A stretch of 64,000 nucleotides of DNA from Podarcis bocagei (lineage: Eukaryota). Location of the stretch: assembly GCA_964188305.1 (NCBI GenBank), contig OZ076887.1; one strand, written 5' to 3'. Shown one piece after another: positions 26,164 to 39,100 of the stretch; position 1 is the stretch's first letter, and each line of letters opens with the position of its first letter. Under the pieces are notes generated by a model, which was not told where the DNA came from, ran no database searches, and was given only the letters and a program-made list of their open reading frames with translations. A program made the translations under genes and the position numbers.

Positions 26164-26344
26164 ATCTATGTCCACCTGAAAGAAGGAAGTGGCACGGAAG
26201 GCCTGGATGCTTTGAAGAACAAAACCCAGCTCCACAGCATGGTGGCCAAGAGCCTTTGTCAGAACGCGGCAGGGAAGAACTACATCATTTTTACTGGGCC
26301 CAGCATCACCAGCTTGAATCTCTTTGAAGAGTTTGAGAAACAAG
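26164..26344 (+). CDS. PGBD5: PGBD5 coding exon (exon 4 equivalent; 181 bp)
   Basis: Acceptor ...cttgttAAG, donor GTTTGT. Encodes [60 protein letters not shown] plus one base. Confidence 0.96.
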
Positions 26345-27286
26345 GTTTGTGTCGGGCTACGTGTTGACCTGGGAGGGGGGGGGTTGGCCTCCGGTTCACA
26401 AAACAATAGAATTGTTGGTCTTTCGGGGGCACAAAGCTCTCTTGTTTTGCTTCTGCTTTGACAGCTTAACTGAAAACAGGCTAACATGGTTGCTGTGGAG
26501 TATCCCTGTGGACCTCAGAGGCAATTCATAGCTGTTTAATTGCTGTGGCATTTTAGGGGTAGCAGATTTTCTCCTGTCCCCCCCCCCCAACCATCCTTCA
26601 GCAATTAATGGGGAAAAGAAATGGCCTGTGTTAATTCTACATTGCCCATAATTTTTTTAAAAAAACTTCAGGACACAGGAACATTTGGGAAATTTAAAGT
26701 GATATAGGAATGCTTTGAATATATGGTGTGACTTTTAAAAGATTTCACTTGTGCCCATAAGTGGGAGATGCAGACAGATAAGCAGGTAGTGGTGACCTAA
26801 GCTGTCTCTCTAGGAGGCACTTGTTACTTTTTCTCAAATCAGCAAATAAAGATGTCACTCTCTATTTTGGGTCAAAACTGATGTGACCTGAGAGAATGTG
26901 ATTTCCAGCTTTCCATTTGCACTTTAAAGGAATGATGGAGTCCGAATTTAAATCCCAATCCCCTATTTTCATTCTCTCTCTTTCTCTTTCTTTCTCTAGC
27001 TACCATTTGCCCAAATTACCTGTCCTGAGGCATGTGTGATATAAATCAAGGAAATGCCTCATCTGAATTTCTTGAAGCTTTTCTTCCCCTGCAACAGAAG
27101 CTTCCATTGTTCTGCTTTCTTCTCAGGGCATTTTAGAATCTCTTCATAAAAATCTTAATGTTAAAAAATTGTCACACAGCTGTCTGGGGGCATCGTAGGC
27201 AGCCCTACCCTCTGTTGTCTCCCAGGCTGACCTACGTGCTGTCACTGTCAAGGCTTCACCCCTGCACCACACAAGTATATCATATA

Positions 27287-27534
27287 CAGTGGTACCTCTG
27301 GATGCGAACGGGATCCGTTCCAGAGCCTTGTTCACATCCTGAAGCGAACGTAAGACGCGACTGGACGTCTTCATGTGCGCAGATCGTATTTCGCCACTTC
27401 CGCGCATGACGTTGTTTTGAGCGTCTGCGCGAGCGGCAAAACCCGGAAGTAATGTTCTCCATTACTTCCAGGTCGCTGCAGAGCGCAACCCAAAAATATT
27501 TAAGCTGAAGCATATTCATCCCAAGGTATGACTG
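27287..27534. mobile_element. Tc1/mariner-type MITE
   Basis: TIRs CAGTGGTACCTCTGGATG ... CATCCCAAGGTATGACTG; TA flanks. Confidence 0.8.
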
Positions 27535-28754
27535 TATAAGAGAAAGGCACTTGCTATTTGGACGTAACAAAGCAGAACAGATCCATCGACCCAGATGGAT
27601 TTCATTTTATTTTTATTTCATTTTTATTGCCTGCTGCCCTAGCAACTGTGAGCTTCCATCACAGGTTTATTTTTTAGAATCTATGTAAGTTACATGTGCC
27701 ATGTGCCGGCACTAAATCTGCTGCCACTGTTAAAGCAGTCACTTGTCTTGGCCATAAATCTAGGATGCCTCATTTGTTCTGTTGCATTAGAGAGGTGGTT
27801 GACATATGGTTCTCATTACCCTTTGTAAGGTGACGCTCCATTTACAAGTTCTCTGTCTGGACTGAAAGAAAGATTGTGCTTAATTACCTCTAACCTTTTG
27901 GTGTTTGTGCTTCTGAATTAAAGGCCCCCTTAGCAAACTCAATAGCATTGACTTCACACTACTGGAGAAAATTGGATCTGCGCAATAGGAGTGAACGGCT
28001 TATGAGTTTAACTGTGGCAGGAAAGACAAATAGAAGAGGTTTAAGAGGTGATCAGAACTGCACCTGCTGGTCCAGTGTTATGGTTGTGCCGGCCCTACTG
28101 TTCATGGAGTCTTTGTCAAGAGGAGTCTTTGTGCCTTCTCTTAACCTCAGAGAGTTTGCACTTGAACTCAGTAAGCCTATCAGTAATGATATTAACCAGC
28201 TAGCGTTCTCCAACTGATACCGGGCTCAGTAGTTCATCCACCTGCTCCACCCACCTTAGTTCTTTCCTTCATTTAGGGGCCCCAGAACTAAAATGTGAAT
28301 CTTCGTGTTCAGATGTGGCTAGAACTGTGGCTGGAAATCCTTCTAATGACTTGAAATTACAAATATGAACAAATCCAATTTCCCCCACTGGCTCCTTCTC
28401 AACCAGACTATTTAAGATTCTAATGGAGCTTAAGAAAGCTTGGATATTTGAACAGTAATACACCAAAAGGAATAGATTTGTAGACTCTTGAGTTGGAAGG
28501 GACCGGCAATGTGATCTATAAGCCTCACTAGATATGAAATATAGCCACAAGATGTCACAAAAAGTCAGTTCTCTATATGAACTCAGCTTTTAGTCCTTAA
28601 AAGCTAAGATGTTTGAGGTTTTTATTTTATGTTTTAATGTTTCTGAATAAAAATGGCAGGAAGTCTTGTTGAATCGCGCTAGCTATCCTTGGCACTTCAG
28701 ACTGCAGTCTGATAATGTCATGCTTTAAACTTGTCAAATTGCAATGTTCTAGAC

Positions 28755-28880
28755 TAGGGGTGGTGGACCGCTGTGGTTCTCCAGATGTTGCTGGACTCCA
28801 ATGCCCATCTGCCCCAGCCAGCACGGCCAATGGTGAGGAAAACTGTAGTCCAGCAACATCTGGAGAACTACAGGTTCTCA
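28755..28880. mobile_element. Short palindromic hAT-type MITE (degenerate)
   Basis: gttctccagatgttgctggact ... agtccagcaacatctggagaac inverted arms; same family as 46133 and 58146. Confidence 0.65.
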
Positions 28881-29219
28881 GTTCCTACTATAGACAAGGC
28901 GGCCTTTACTGTCGTGACGTATGGCACAGCTAAGCAGATCCACCTCTTTTGGAGTTTCCTTTTCCAGTTAGTCTTCTCCCTTGGAAATGCATTGCAATCT
29001 TGTTCATACAGTAGACAACTCACCATACAATTCTCCTGGGATTTCCTTTTATATGGCATTCTTTATTGAGACAAGAAGGATTTCCTCATGGAAACTGTAA
29101 GTCATTGCCCCACCTTTCCCCCTCTAAGCCTGGTAGGTCAGGAGATGACCGTTCCATTCAACTCTCAAACCTCAAGGTAGTCTTGCTAATAGATATGTGT
29201 TGTCATCTTCCATTTGCAG

Positions 29220-29417
29220 AGATTTATTGTTGTGGGTTGTTAAGTGCAAGAAAAAGTGACTGCACAGGCCTGCCTCCATCTATGCTAAATAACTCAGATG
29301 CTCCTCAGTCTCGAGGACAATATAGGATAAAGATGAAAGGAAACATGTCCTTGATCTGCTGGTACAATAAAGGCTACTTTCGGTTTCTGACCAACGCTTA
29401 TTCTCCAATTCAACAAG
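29220..29417 (+). CDS. PGBD5: PGBD5 coding exon (exon 5 equivalent; 198 bp)
   Basis: Acceptor catttgCAG (AG at 29218-29219), donor GTAAGG. Encodes (E)[65 protein letters not shown] plus one base. Confidence 0.96.
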
Positions 29418-29669
29418 GTAAGGGCTCAGAGATGCTACATTGCTTGGGGGTGGGACCTGGACCCCCAAAACAGGTTACAAACATAGGGCAATAAGGGTCA
29501 AACTAGATAGGACATTAACTGTGTCTTTGCAGCTAACATGCAAATTCTGCCCCCCTCCCCCAAAAAAGGGAATAGCACCAGCTTTGGAGGGGTGATAATT
29601 ATCAGGATCAGAGCATACTGCATGTTAACCACAAGTGACAACCAACATGTTTCTTTTTCATCAAAACAG

Positions 29670-29775
29670 GTGTCATAATTAAGAGGAAAAGTGGAGAGAT
29701 CCCTTGCCCGTTGGCAGTAGAAGCCTTTGCTGCTCATCTTAGTTATATCTGCAAATATGATGACAAATACAGCAA
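29670..29775 (+). CDS. PGBD5: PGBD5 coding exon (exon 6 equivalent; 106 bp)
   Basis: Acceptor aaaaCAG, donor GTAAGC. Encodes (G)[34 protein letters not shown](K). Not in the ORF track. Confidence 0.96.
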
Positions 29776-32700
29776 GTAAGCAAGTTGTGGGGTGGTGGGG
29801 ACTTGAGGATGAATGTCATACTGTTGGAATAAGGGTACTACTTTCAGCTTTTCAGAAGAAAATAGATACCTGACTTTGCCTTCACTGACTCCAGCATGGA
29901 CAATGAAGCCAAGCATAGAACTTCATTCCCAACTTGTCTGAATATCTTCTAAGAGAGCTGGATGGGTCACGGCGGGGATGTTTTTCAAACAGCTTATCTA
30001 AGAACCACATATAGGCACTGTCCCTCAAGAGCTTCAGTGTGGATTTGTGGCTAAGAATAAATATTGGTTTCTACCACATAGAAACAGCATATTTCCAATG
30101 TGCAGAAATGGCACATAGCACACCCCTCCCTGGGTTGTAGTACTTCACACTTCAGCTGAGGGACCACATTTTTACATGTCCCTCCATGTGAAAAGCTTAT
30201 TGTAGTTGGAAAACTATTGGGTCAGGAAATTTTACCCTTTTCAACTGCTTTTCAGTTCTGAGGTGTATTTGCACAGGGATAAAAACACTCAGAGGTGACT
30301 CAAGACATGCTGTGGAAGATCTATGACTGGGTTTCCTAACATTTCTCCCACTTTGGAGCAGCTATGGGGAATCTGAATTTTGTTTAGAATAGAGGAAGAG
30401 GGAAACAGTGCATTTAAAGCTTTCACCAGCACTACAGTTCTGCCAAAAAATATCTCCACCCCCCCCACCTGTTCCTTTTTGTTCTGAGATGGAAACTTCC
30501 ATTGGTGTTGTTAGTGTTTTTCCTCCACAGCCCTATAGCAATTTGTGAGGTGGAGTTGTCAAAGGGGTTTAAAAAAGCCTTTTACCCACCTTCCCACTTC
30601 ATGGTTCCAATACTGCTTCACAACCCAGTTGCTGTTAAAGGGAGAAAACAGACAGCGTCTTAGTTATTTATTTATTTTGACTACGTAATAATCATAAATA
30701 AATAAGAATAAAAATGTGCACCCCACCACCAAGACCATTCTATTGTAACTATCCAACCTCCCAAAATTTCAACAACTCTTGCAATGGCTTGACCCCCTTC
30801 CATTTGAACAGCACAAATTCTGCAATATCTCCTCAAAATCATTTCTCCTTCATATTCCCCATCTTACCTTAATGACACATGTTAATTTATCATTAATAGC
30901 CTATATCCCACACCTCTTTATACCACTCTCCCATTTTATATTCTGCTTTCCCTTTCCGCTTCCTAGCTATAGTAATTTGTGTAGCTGTCAATAAATTTGT
31001 GAGCAAGTCCTTCATAGCCTGCGAACCTTCCACCAAACAGACTTCTTAAACACATTGAATCTTTGACTGTCTTAGTCATACAATCTAGGAACCAAGCTGG
31101 GCAATTCTTTCAGATTGTTACAAGATGGTTTCAGCCACATGGTGTCTCGGTTCCAGAGCAGCTTCGGCTCAGCCTTTGTCACCACAAAAAGGTATCAGGT
31201 AGAATGCATATCTCTTCAAAACCAAAGCAAACCTTTTGCAACTCAGCAAAGGGTGCCTACGGCCATTTATATGACAAGTCAGAACCGGAGCTTGTGATAG
31301 GCCAAATGGAACTGGCCGCGGTGTTAATCACTCAGTACCCAAAGGTTGGCAAACACACCCCTGCCTGGCAACAAGCTGATTAGCATTTCAATTGGGAATT
31401 CCAGGAAGGGAAAGGCAACCTGGCCAGAATTCAGTTTTGCTTCTTGGCTGTGACAGAAAGAATTAAACCAAAGAAATGCTACATATAGATACAGTATTAG
31501 TAGAATTGGCTGCTTTGCAAGGTTTGCTGGCTCCCAAAATGGAGCTTAGGCACTGTAAAATGGCAGCAACCATGACATGCAAACTCAAGATAATCACCAT
31601 TAGAGAGTGTAGTTTTATTTATTAGTTGATTTCTGTTCCATGCTTCAACTTGTTTCCATGCAGAACTAGCCTACCCTTTTCTCCCATCTAAAGGGATCAC
31701 TGTTTTATCCTGAATAGGATTGCGGCACCCTAAAAGAGCTACCAGCATGGTGCTGTCTTGTTATTCATTTAAATAATCTGTGATTATATATTTAAACTTA
31801 TTTCCAACTCACCTGTCATCACATACCGGTACCAGGGTGAGATAAGATTTTTTATTTTAAAAAATCAATCACAAACAATAAACAAGCAATAAATACAGGA
31901 GCAGATGAAAACACAAGAGTCAGTAACAACAGTATCGAAGTCTAGCCAGTTTTCTACACAAGCCTGGAGGAAATCTTTCAGCAACTCTCTTGAACGTGTG
32001 ACACAATTCTTCTACATTGTTTACAGTTTTGTATAGGTGACACAGATTTAGAAATGGACATTAACATAGACAGCAACCAGCGATGTCAGTGGTAATGCCG
32101 AGGCCATCACCACAAGGCATCAGAGCCTCTACCTCTTTTGCTGCCCCACTGGTCATGAGGTGGAGAGGAAGATTACTTTTCTCTCTCTCCTGAAAAGTAA
32201 ATAGAGCTGAAGGAGGAAGTTGGAAGTGTGGCACTCTTTCCCACTTCCTCTTTCAGCTCTATGTGTCGTTCAAGACTCAGATTAATCCTACAAGATCTGG
32301 ATTTCACCCATTTGTTTTGGAAGAGCAAAGTGTGTGCACATGCACTTCTCTGTTTCCATGGAATGGGGAGAGGAGTGACCAGAGTGGTGACCATCGTATT
32401 CATTCAAAAATCCAAATTATGTTGACATAACTCAACTGTTCCCTAATCATTCTCTGGGTGATTTAATAAAATGTGGATGTGGGCAATTATGACTAAAGTT
32501 TACATGTTACATGCAGGTCAGAGAGGCTCATCTGTTTAATAGATGTTGTATGCAGAGATGGTAAACCTTGAGTCTCTTCCAGAATTACAGTTCCAAGTTG
32601 ACACTTGACACTCTTCTCTGTTCACAAGGTTTTAACCTACTCGAGTAACAAAGTAATAGTTTGTTAACAGGGCTACTTTGGTTAACTTTTTCTACAAAGG

Positions 32701-34231
32701 ATATATTTGTGGTTTAGTGTTTAAGGAAGTGCATAGTGCTTGTATTTTCTTTCTCCTGTCTAGTTTTGCATGTTATGTTTTCAAATTTGAAAATAAGGTT
32801 TCTTTACCTGCACACTAAAGTGATAAAGTCCTCAAAGAACTACCCAGTATCCCCTTTTCATATAGAAGAACTAGCTATTTGATGTATCTGGGACAGTTAA
32901 GCCCAGCCTTTGTGCTCAGAGGCTATTTCCTATCCCGATTCAAATAAAATGCCACGGCAAGCAGTTTCCAAGTACAGGAAACTGTTTCATGGAGTAAAAA
33001 AAAAGGGAGGAAAGTTCTCACTCGGGTCTTCTTTGGCATAACTTCAGTGTTGTTTTCTTGGGGGCTTAACTGAAAAAGAAAGTGACAAATAGTGACAGCA
33101 CAGCAGTGAAAGACAGCCAGTGGAACCGGAAACTCTGTGAAGAAAATAGGATTGCAGGCTGGGAAATGGGGCAGAGGAGTGGAAAGGCATCCATTTGGCC
33201 AAGGTTCTACAGGAAAGGGAAAGGACTTGGCAAAAACAAATTTGGGCAGCCTTTCTATAGGCTGCTTCTTCAAGGGCCATTATGCCCTTGTCTCTTAGAA
33301 ACTGAATCCCAACCCCCCAACAAAAAAACAGTTCCCCTGTGGTCACTTTAGTAGGTGTGTCCCAACCAAAATACTGGTCTGGAATACACAAGTGGTAGAA
33401 AAGTGAAAAAGTGTTCTTGTTTTATGGCGTTGCCATTTTATTTTCACCAATCCATTACCATGCCCTAAAAAGGCCTCTTAGAAAAAAGAGAGAAAGATGC
33501 CATCTTCATCTAAAGAGAGACCAGACCTTCTCATAAATGGGCTACTTCAGTTGAATTATATCCAAACATAGGTTGCATATACATCAGGCACATTACTTTC
33601 TCCAAAGAATTCTGGGAGCTGTAGTTTGTCAACAGAGTTGAGAATTGTAGCTCTAAGAACTACAGTTCCCAAGATTCTTTGGGAGAGGAATGGTGTGTCG
33701 GCAACTATAGAGTCATTTTATAAGAGTCCTCACAGATTTCTGTATTGGCCCCATTATAGGCAAATGGCAGGAGTTTGGATGAAGACTTTTTCAAAACAGC
33801 CAAAGGAAGAACCCATTTCGTGCAATTTAAATGAAATTTGTAGGCTTGAATGTGTGTTTCTAAAGTATTTCCCCGAAGCAATTTTTTTAGTAATCAAAAT
33901 ACCCTCAGCCTCTTAGTGAAAGAGCCACAATGTAAGCAATCGAAAGCAGCCCTTCGAAATAGTTAACAGTGTGCCCAGTACGCTTGAAAGCAAATGCTAA
34001 ATCTGCATAAATTAGGAAGCAAATAGAAGAAAGGTGTTTGAGTCATCCTTTATATTGAGCGAAAAGCAAGTATAGTTTGGACCCAATGTACCAGGTGCTA
34101 CTGCCGCAAATCTTCATTCATTTTAAATAAAATAGTGGGGCATAGACACGTGGAAATTTTGTTCCCTCCATCTCACTCACATTAAAACTAGAAAGTGTTG
34201 GGGGGGGGGAACAAACTTACAGTAGGGAGAT

Positions 34232-34233
<2 letters not shown>

Positions 34234-34319
<86 letters not shown>
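34234..34319. repeat. Compound (TG)n(GA)n microsatellite
   Basis: A TG run directly followed by a GA run. Confidence 0.97.
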
Positions 34320-34323
<4 letters not shown>

Positions 34324-35699
34324 CAGAACTTAACATTGAGCAGCAACTGCATGGGAGTAATTCAACCCTTCTGATGAATTTGTTATTTAAGAAACAGCTC
34401 TATCTCATCTCCCCAGCAGATCAGTGCAGCTCACAACACCAACCAGTATACAACATTCCTGTTTATTTTGCACATGATTTTTTCAGTTGACCATGAAAGC
34501 ATCCCTAGTCAGACACCAGATAGGAAGATCCTGGTTTTAGATGAACTTTTGAGGCATGGCTGACTTTGTTGGGCTGCAATTCTAGAGCTCTTCCATGACC
34601 TATTTACACATGGAACATTTTGTACCAAGAGAGGAAAACTGTCATGAGAGGACATGTCATGTCAGGATACTGCAGTTTAGAAGAAAAGCTCATAAATTAT
34701 GTTTGACGGGGGAATTGATTCCTTTTACTTCTCCAAGTCACAGCACAAAGTTAAGGTACTGTGCTGGGCACTGAGATCAGGAACCGCATAATTTGCCTTG
34801 GGGAATTTAAATAGTCTTAATCTTCTCCCATATTTATTTATTAAAAAATGTTAGTATACTGCAATTCCATTTTTTAAAAATCAAAGCAGTTTACCAGTTA
34901 AAATGAATACAAAAATGTAAACCGTATCACCAGCCGACTGTTTTGGAAAATACTTTTCTCAGTTGTCAGCATAAGCCTGGCTGCCAAGAAAAGTCTTTGG
35001 CAAACGTGTGGAAGTTAGTACAGAAGGTGCTTGTGGAATCCCTGTTGGAGAAGCATTCCACAGGAGAGGGTCAATAACACGGAAGGCTTGGTTTTGTGTT
35101 GATGTCAAATGAGCGTCACCAACAATCCCTAAATCCTGTACGAAATGTCCAAGGCCAATCACATGAAAACAGTTGGCACTGAACAGTGTTTTTGCATTGA
35201 CGCTTTGCAGGCAACACAAAATGTGCTTTCTCAGGTGCAGAATTCAATGGACTGCTCTTCAGCAGCAGTGCCGATGCACCAGTGTGCGCTATGAGAAAAT
35301 CTAGCAAAATCAAACATCATTTTTCTCAGTCTCTGCCATGCCAGTTTAAGCTGCCTGTTGGTCCAAAAAGCATTAGGCGCCTGGGATTGTTAAACAAATA
35401 CCGTCCCTTCTGGTGGCTATGTTGCTGTGGCAGAATAAAGTCCTCTCTCCCAGTTCGCCAGCTTATAGAGAAATCGGCAAGATTCATTTCTATATATTTT
35501 TTTACCAACCAACAAACTCCCTATTCCCACTGCCATTGATTGCCAGATTTCTTAAGTGTAAGACATAGACAGACAGAACATTCTTCTGTCTTGTGTCTAG
35601 ATTCTGTAGTTTTTAGGGCACAGACCCTTTGCCTTATCTCAGAAACGTTTTCATGACCGCTGGATTCCCTCCCCTCCCCCCTTTTTTTGTTCTTTCTAG

Positions 35700-35895
35700 G
35701 TATTTCATCTCTCATAAACCAAACAAGACCTGGCAGCAAGTGTTCTGGTTTGCCATCAGCATTGCCATAAACAACGCCTACATCCTATACAAAATGTCCG
35801 ACGCCTACCACGTGAAAAAGTACAGCCGGGTGCAGTTCGGCGAGAGACTTGTCAAAGAGCTACTGGGATTGGAGGATATTTCACCTTGCCATTGA
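35700..35895 (+). CDS. PGBD5: PGBD5 terminal coding exon (CDS part, stop TGA 35893-35895)
   Basis: Long pyrimidine tract plus TAG acceptor. Encodes [64 protein letters not shown], the PGBD5 C-terminus. Confidence 0.97.
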
Positions 35896-38659
35896 TGCAC
35901 CATTCCCCGTGGCTTAGGTCAGGAGCGGGGAAGAGGAGGAGGAAGACGACAACAACTCTGGAACGCCAAAGTGAGGACCTTGCAATCACAGCAACCATGT
36001 TGCTCCCCCATGTGACAAAGTGACCAGGGAAGCCATGAACGTGGTGGTGGTGGTGGGCTTTCATGAAGGCCCCACCAGTATCCCTAAGGCCCTAAAGAGT
36101 GTCATGGGCACTTAACGCATCAGAAGCAAATTTAAGTTAGCAGCTGTTTCTTAATACTATTTGTTAAACAGGGTGTTAATTGTCACATGAGGCCCCTTTC
36201 CCTGTCCTCTCCCAAACTGAAGTGGCTCAATTGTTCAGACGGGGCATTACTGTAAAGCATATTCAGTTTTTTTAAAAAATGTGATCCACACACAGTGTAG
36301 ACACAAGCGGTGTCCTGTGGTTGCAGATGCTCAGCGCCTGGCAAGGGGCCACAGAGAGGTCGCTAAAAAGAGATACCGGAAAATGTATAAATCTATTTTG
36401 CAAGCCTATGGTTAGGCAACGGCAGCGGGGACTTAGATGACTGACGAAGATTTTATTTTCTTGCAATGCTTTTGGATTGTAGGAGGGAATATAATTTAGG
36501 AGGGGGAAGAAAAAAAACAATTTTTTTAAATATAAAAGAATAGCCAGAAATTGGTGGCTTTGCCTATCAAAGCTAATGTCATTTCGCCTTAAAGTCAGTG
36601 TGAGCTTTGAGGCTAACTTCAGTGATGCCATAATGCGAGAGATTTAATTTAATTTTAAACACAGTATATTCTTTTCCCATTATCAAAGCACACTAATACA
36701 AAAGATAATCTAACTTTTCGTTAACTTTTAGTATCTGCAAACATACACAGGATCCCACAGCACAAGCAACAATGAAAAAAGCAGAATCAGAGGCTTCCCA
36801 CTGCTCTCTCTTTTCAGATGCATATCCCATATCTGAATTTTCCATGAAAATACTGCTGACAGCACATAATGCACTATTGCGCGAGAGCATCTTTGGATTT
36901 GGACCATAATGTAATGCACTACCCCGCCACCCCACCTTCCTGGTCAAGACTGTTTTAGCATACCTTTTAGTTAATATTTGCACAAACCTGGCAGGAAATA
37001 ATAGTTTAATATGTTTTGTTGTGTGCTCAGGGTGTTGCTCTGCAAGACTTCTCTGAAGTGGAGACTTCCCATAATAGTTGCACATTTGCAGAAATTACAC
37101 ATCTGTAAAAACCATGTACCGAGGTTTTGAAATCAACCACGATCCAAGCAAGGGACCTGTAGCTCTCACAAGGGCAACATGACAAATAGGTGGATTGTGA
37201 GTAGGGAGGCTACTTGCAAGTTTATGGTACTAGTGGCCAAGAGTTGCAAGAGGACACGATAAAAGGCTTTCATTAAGGTAGGGATGGCCAACCTGTTGGT
37301 CTCTGCTCCCATCAGCCCCAGTGGTGATGGGAGCTGTAGTACCACGAATATCTGGAGGGCTATAGGTTCCCCATCGCTTGCATAGAGCATGAGCTCAGTA
37401 TAAACACCTTCCATCAGCAGAGTGGCAAGATCTCCTCTGGGAAAGTGTATTCATGGGCTTTCCGAGGAGGGCCTGAATTCTTCTACACTCACTGGCACTA
37501 GTGGTTTTTAAGGGCTAACTTTCCTGAGAGATGGGGAGGGGTAGCTTGTTTTACCCAGAACTCATCCTCTCCTAAAGGCCATACCATAGAGCAAGGAAAT
37601 CTGGCTGCATTACAACTCCTTAAGGAAAACAGTGGTACTATTATATGGAGAGCCTTCCACCCACCCATTCTTTACATAGTCAGGGATGTAGCCTGACAGG
37701 ATGCTGTTCTTGCAGCCTCTCAGCCCAGTAAGATTACTAGAGAGTACACACATATGAATTTCCCTGTAGAAAATAGTAATGCAGAAAGGCTCTCCTTGCT
37801 GTTTTTCTCAATTCAGTAAATGAGGCTCAACTCAGCGGTGTCTTATTCCAGGGTCAAGTCCTGCCTCTGCCCTCTTTTTCCTCCCCCTGGAGTCCTACAG
37901 TGCACCAATTTGAAAGGTGAGTGAAGCAAATAAGGCTTCATGGCAGACTCCCTACTTATTCTGAAGGTTTCTGTGTGAAACAATCTTCCAAATATGTTGC
38001 ACCCAACCAGTAATGCTTCTCTCTTACATAGACACAGGTTAAATTCCCGCTGGAATTAGGGACTCCACAGAGTTCAGTGTGGGTCATAGGATCAAGATAT
38101 ACTTAATAGAAATCTATAGCAACAGCCAGTCAGATGTTTTAACAAAATTCTTTTCTTGTATTAAAATTTCCACCAGGTCCTAGTTTGGCCTCAGGGATTG
38201 GCTCCTGATAATTTTTTTCCTTGTAGTTAACACTGGTTATTAGATTTTACAGCTTTGGAGTGAGAAAAAACAAAATGGCAGCCGGATGTTGTTTGGTAAT
38301 GAGTTTCAGTTCCCACCTAGACACTCTACTCATTGGCATGTGATGGTTTCCTAAAGGCGTTTCAAAAATATATTATTACACTCACCCAACTATTCTAAAT
38401 TGTGAAAAGGTCCACAATTCCTTTAGGAAGAGGTCAGTCACTGGAGGGTTACTGCTGTTTTCTAATGTTTGCATTCATTCCCAAATATATATCTTGAGCT
38501 TAAACACTCCAAGAGCGTGCCAAAGCCCACTGCTCTGCTGTCAGGTCTTGGGAGATAAACAACACCCTGGGAATCTTACAGAGCTCTAACTCAGCTCTTT
38601 GCATCTGGGTGTCCTCAGCCTCTGTTCTATGCATGCTTACCTGAGAGTAAGCCCCAACG

Positions 38660-39100
38660 AGAGGAATTCAATTCATTTTGCGTTCACCTTTAAACTACCT
38701 AATTTGCACTTTTTTTGAACGATATGTGAACTGAAAAACAGTAATCCTCCAAGATTCACACTTTGGATTTTGCAGGGCAGTGGTGTCAAGTGATGTGTAC
38801 AGAAAAGCATATTCTAGGGTAAAATGGGTATAGAAATGCATATATTCATGAAAATAGCATACGCAAATGCTTTTTATCAGGGGAAACTGCTTTGCAAAAA
38901 AAAAAAATGTGTATATTAGTTAAAACTGCATACAAAAATGTGTTCGTTCGGAGAAATTCATACCAAAATGCTGACAAATTTTTATTAGGGTTTTTTTTTA
39001 AAAAAATAAATATCACAGGTTGCAGGAATATGTAGAACTGAATTTAAGATTTCAGTTTAAGAGAAACTTTGAGAATGGAACTGATTTGTTCATTCCTAGT
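38660..39100. mobile_element. Copy of the hAT (Ac-like) non-autonomous family seen at 20167
   Basis: Shared internal motifs (aaactacctaatttgcac, aaaatgtgtatattag, ggagaaattca) and right end cattcctag. Left boundary approximate. Confidence 0.55.

Noticed and set aside
30660-31380. Possible decayed LINE 3' region on the - strand
   Set aside because: Only vague resemblance; boundaries and family cannot be supported.
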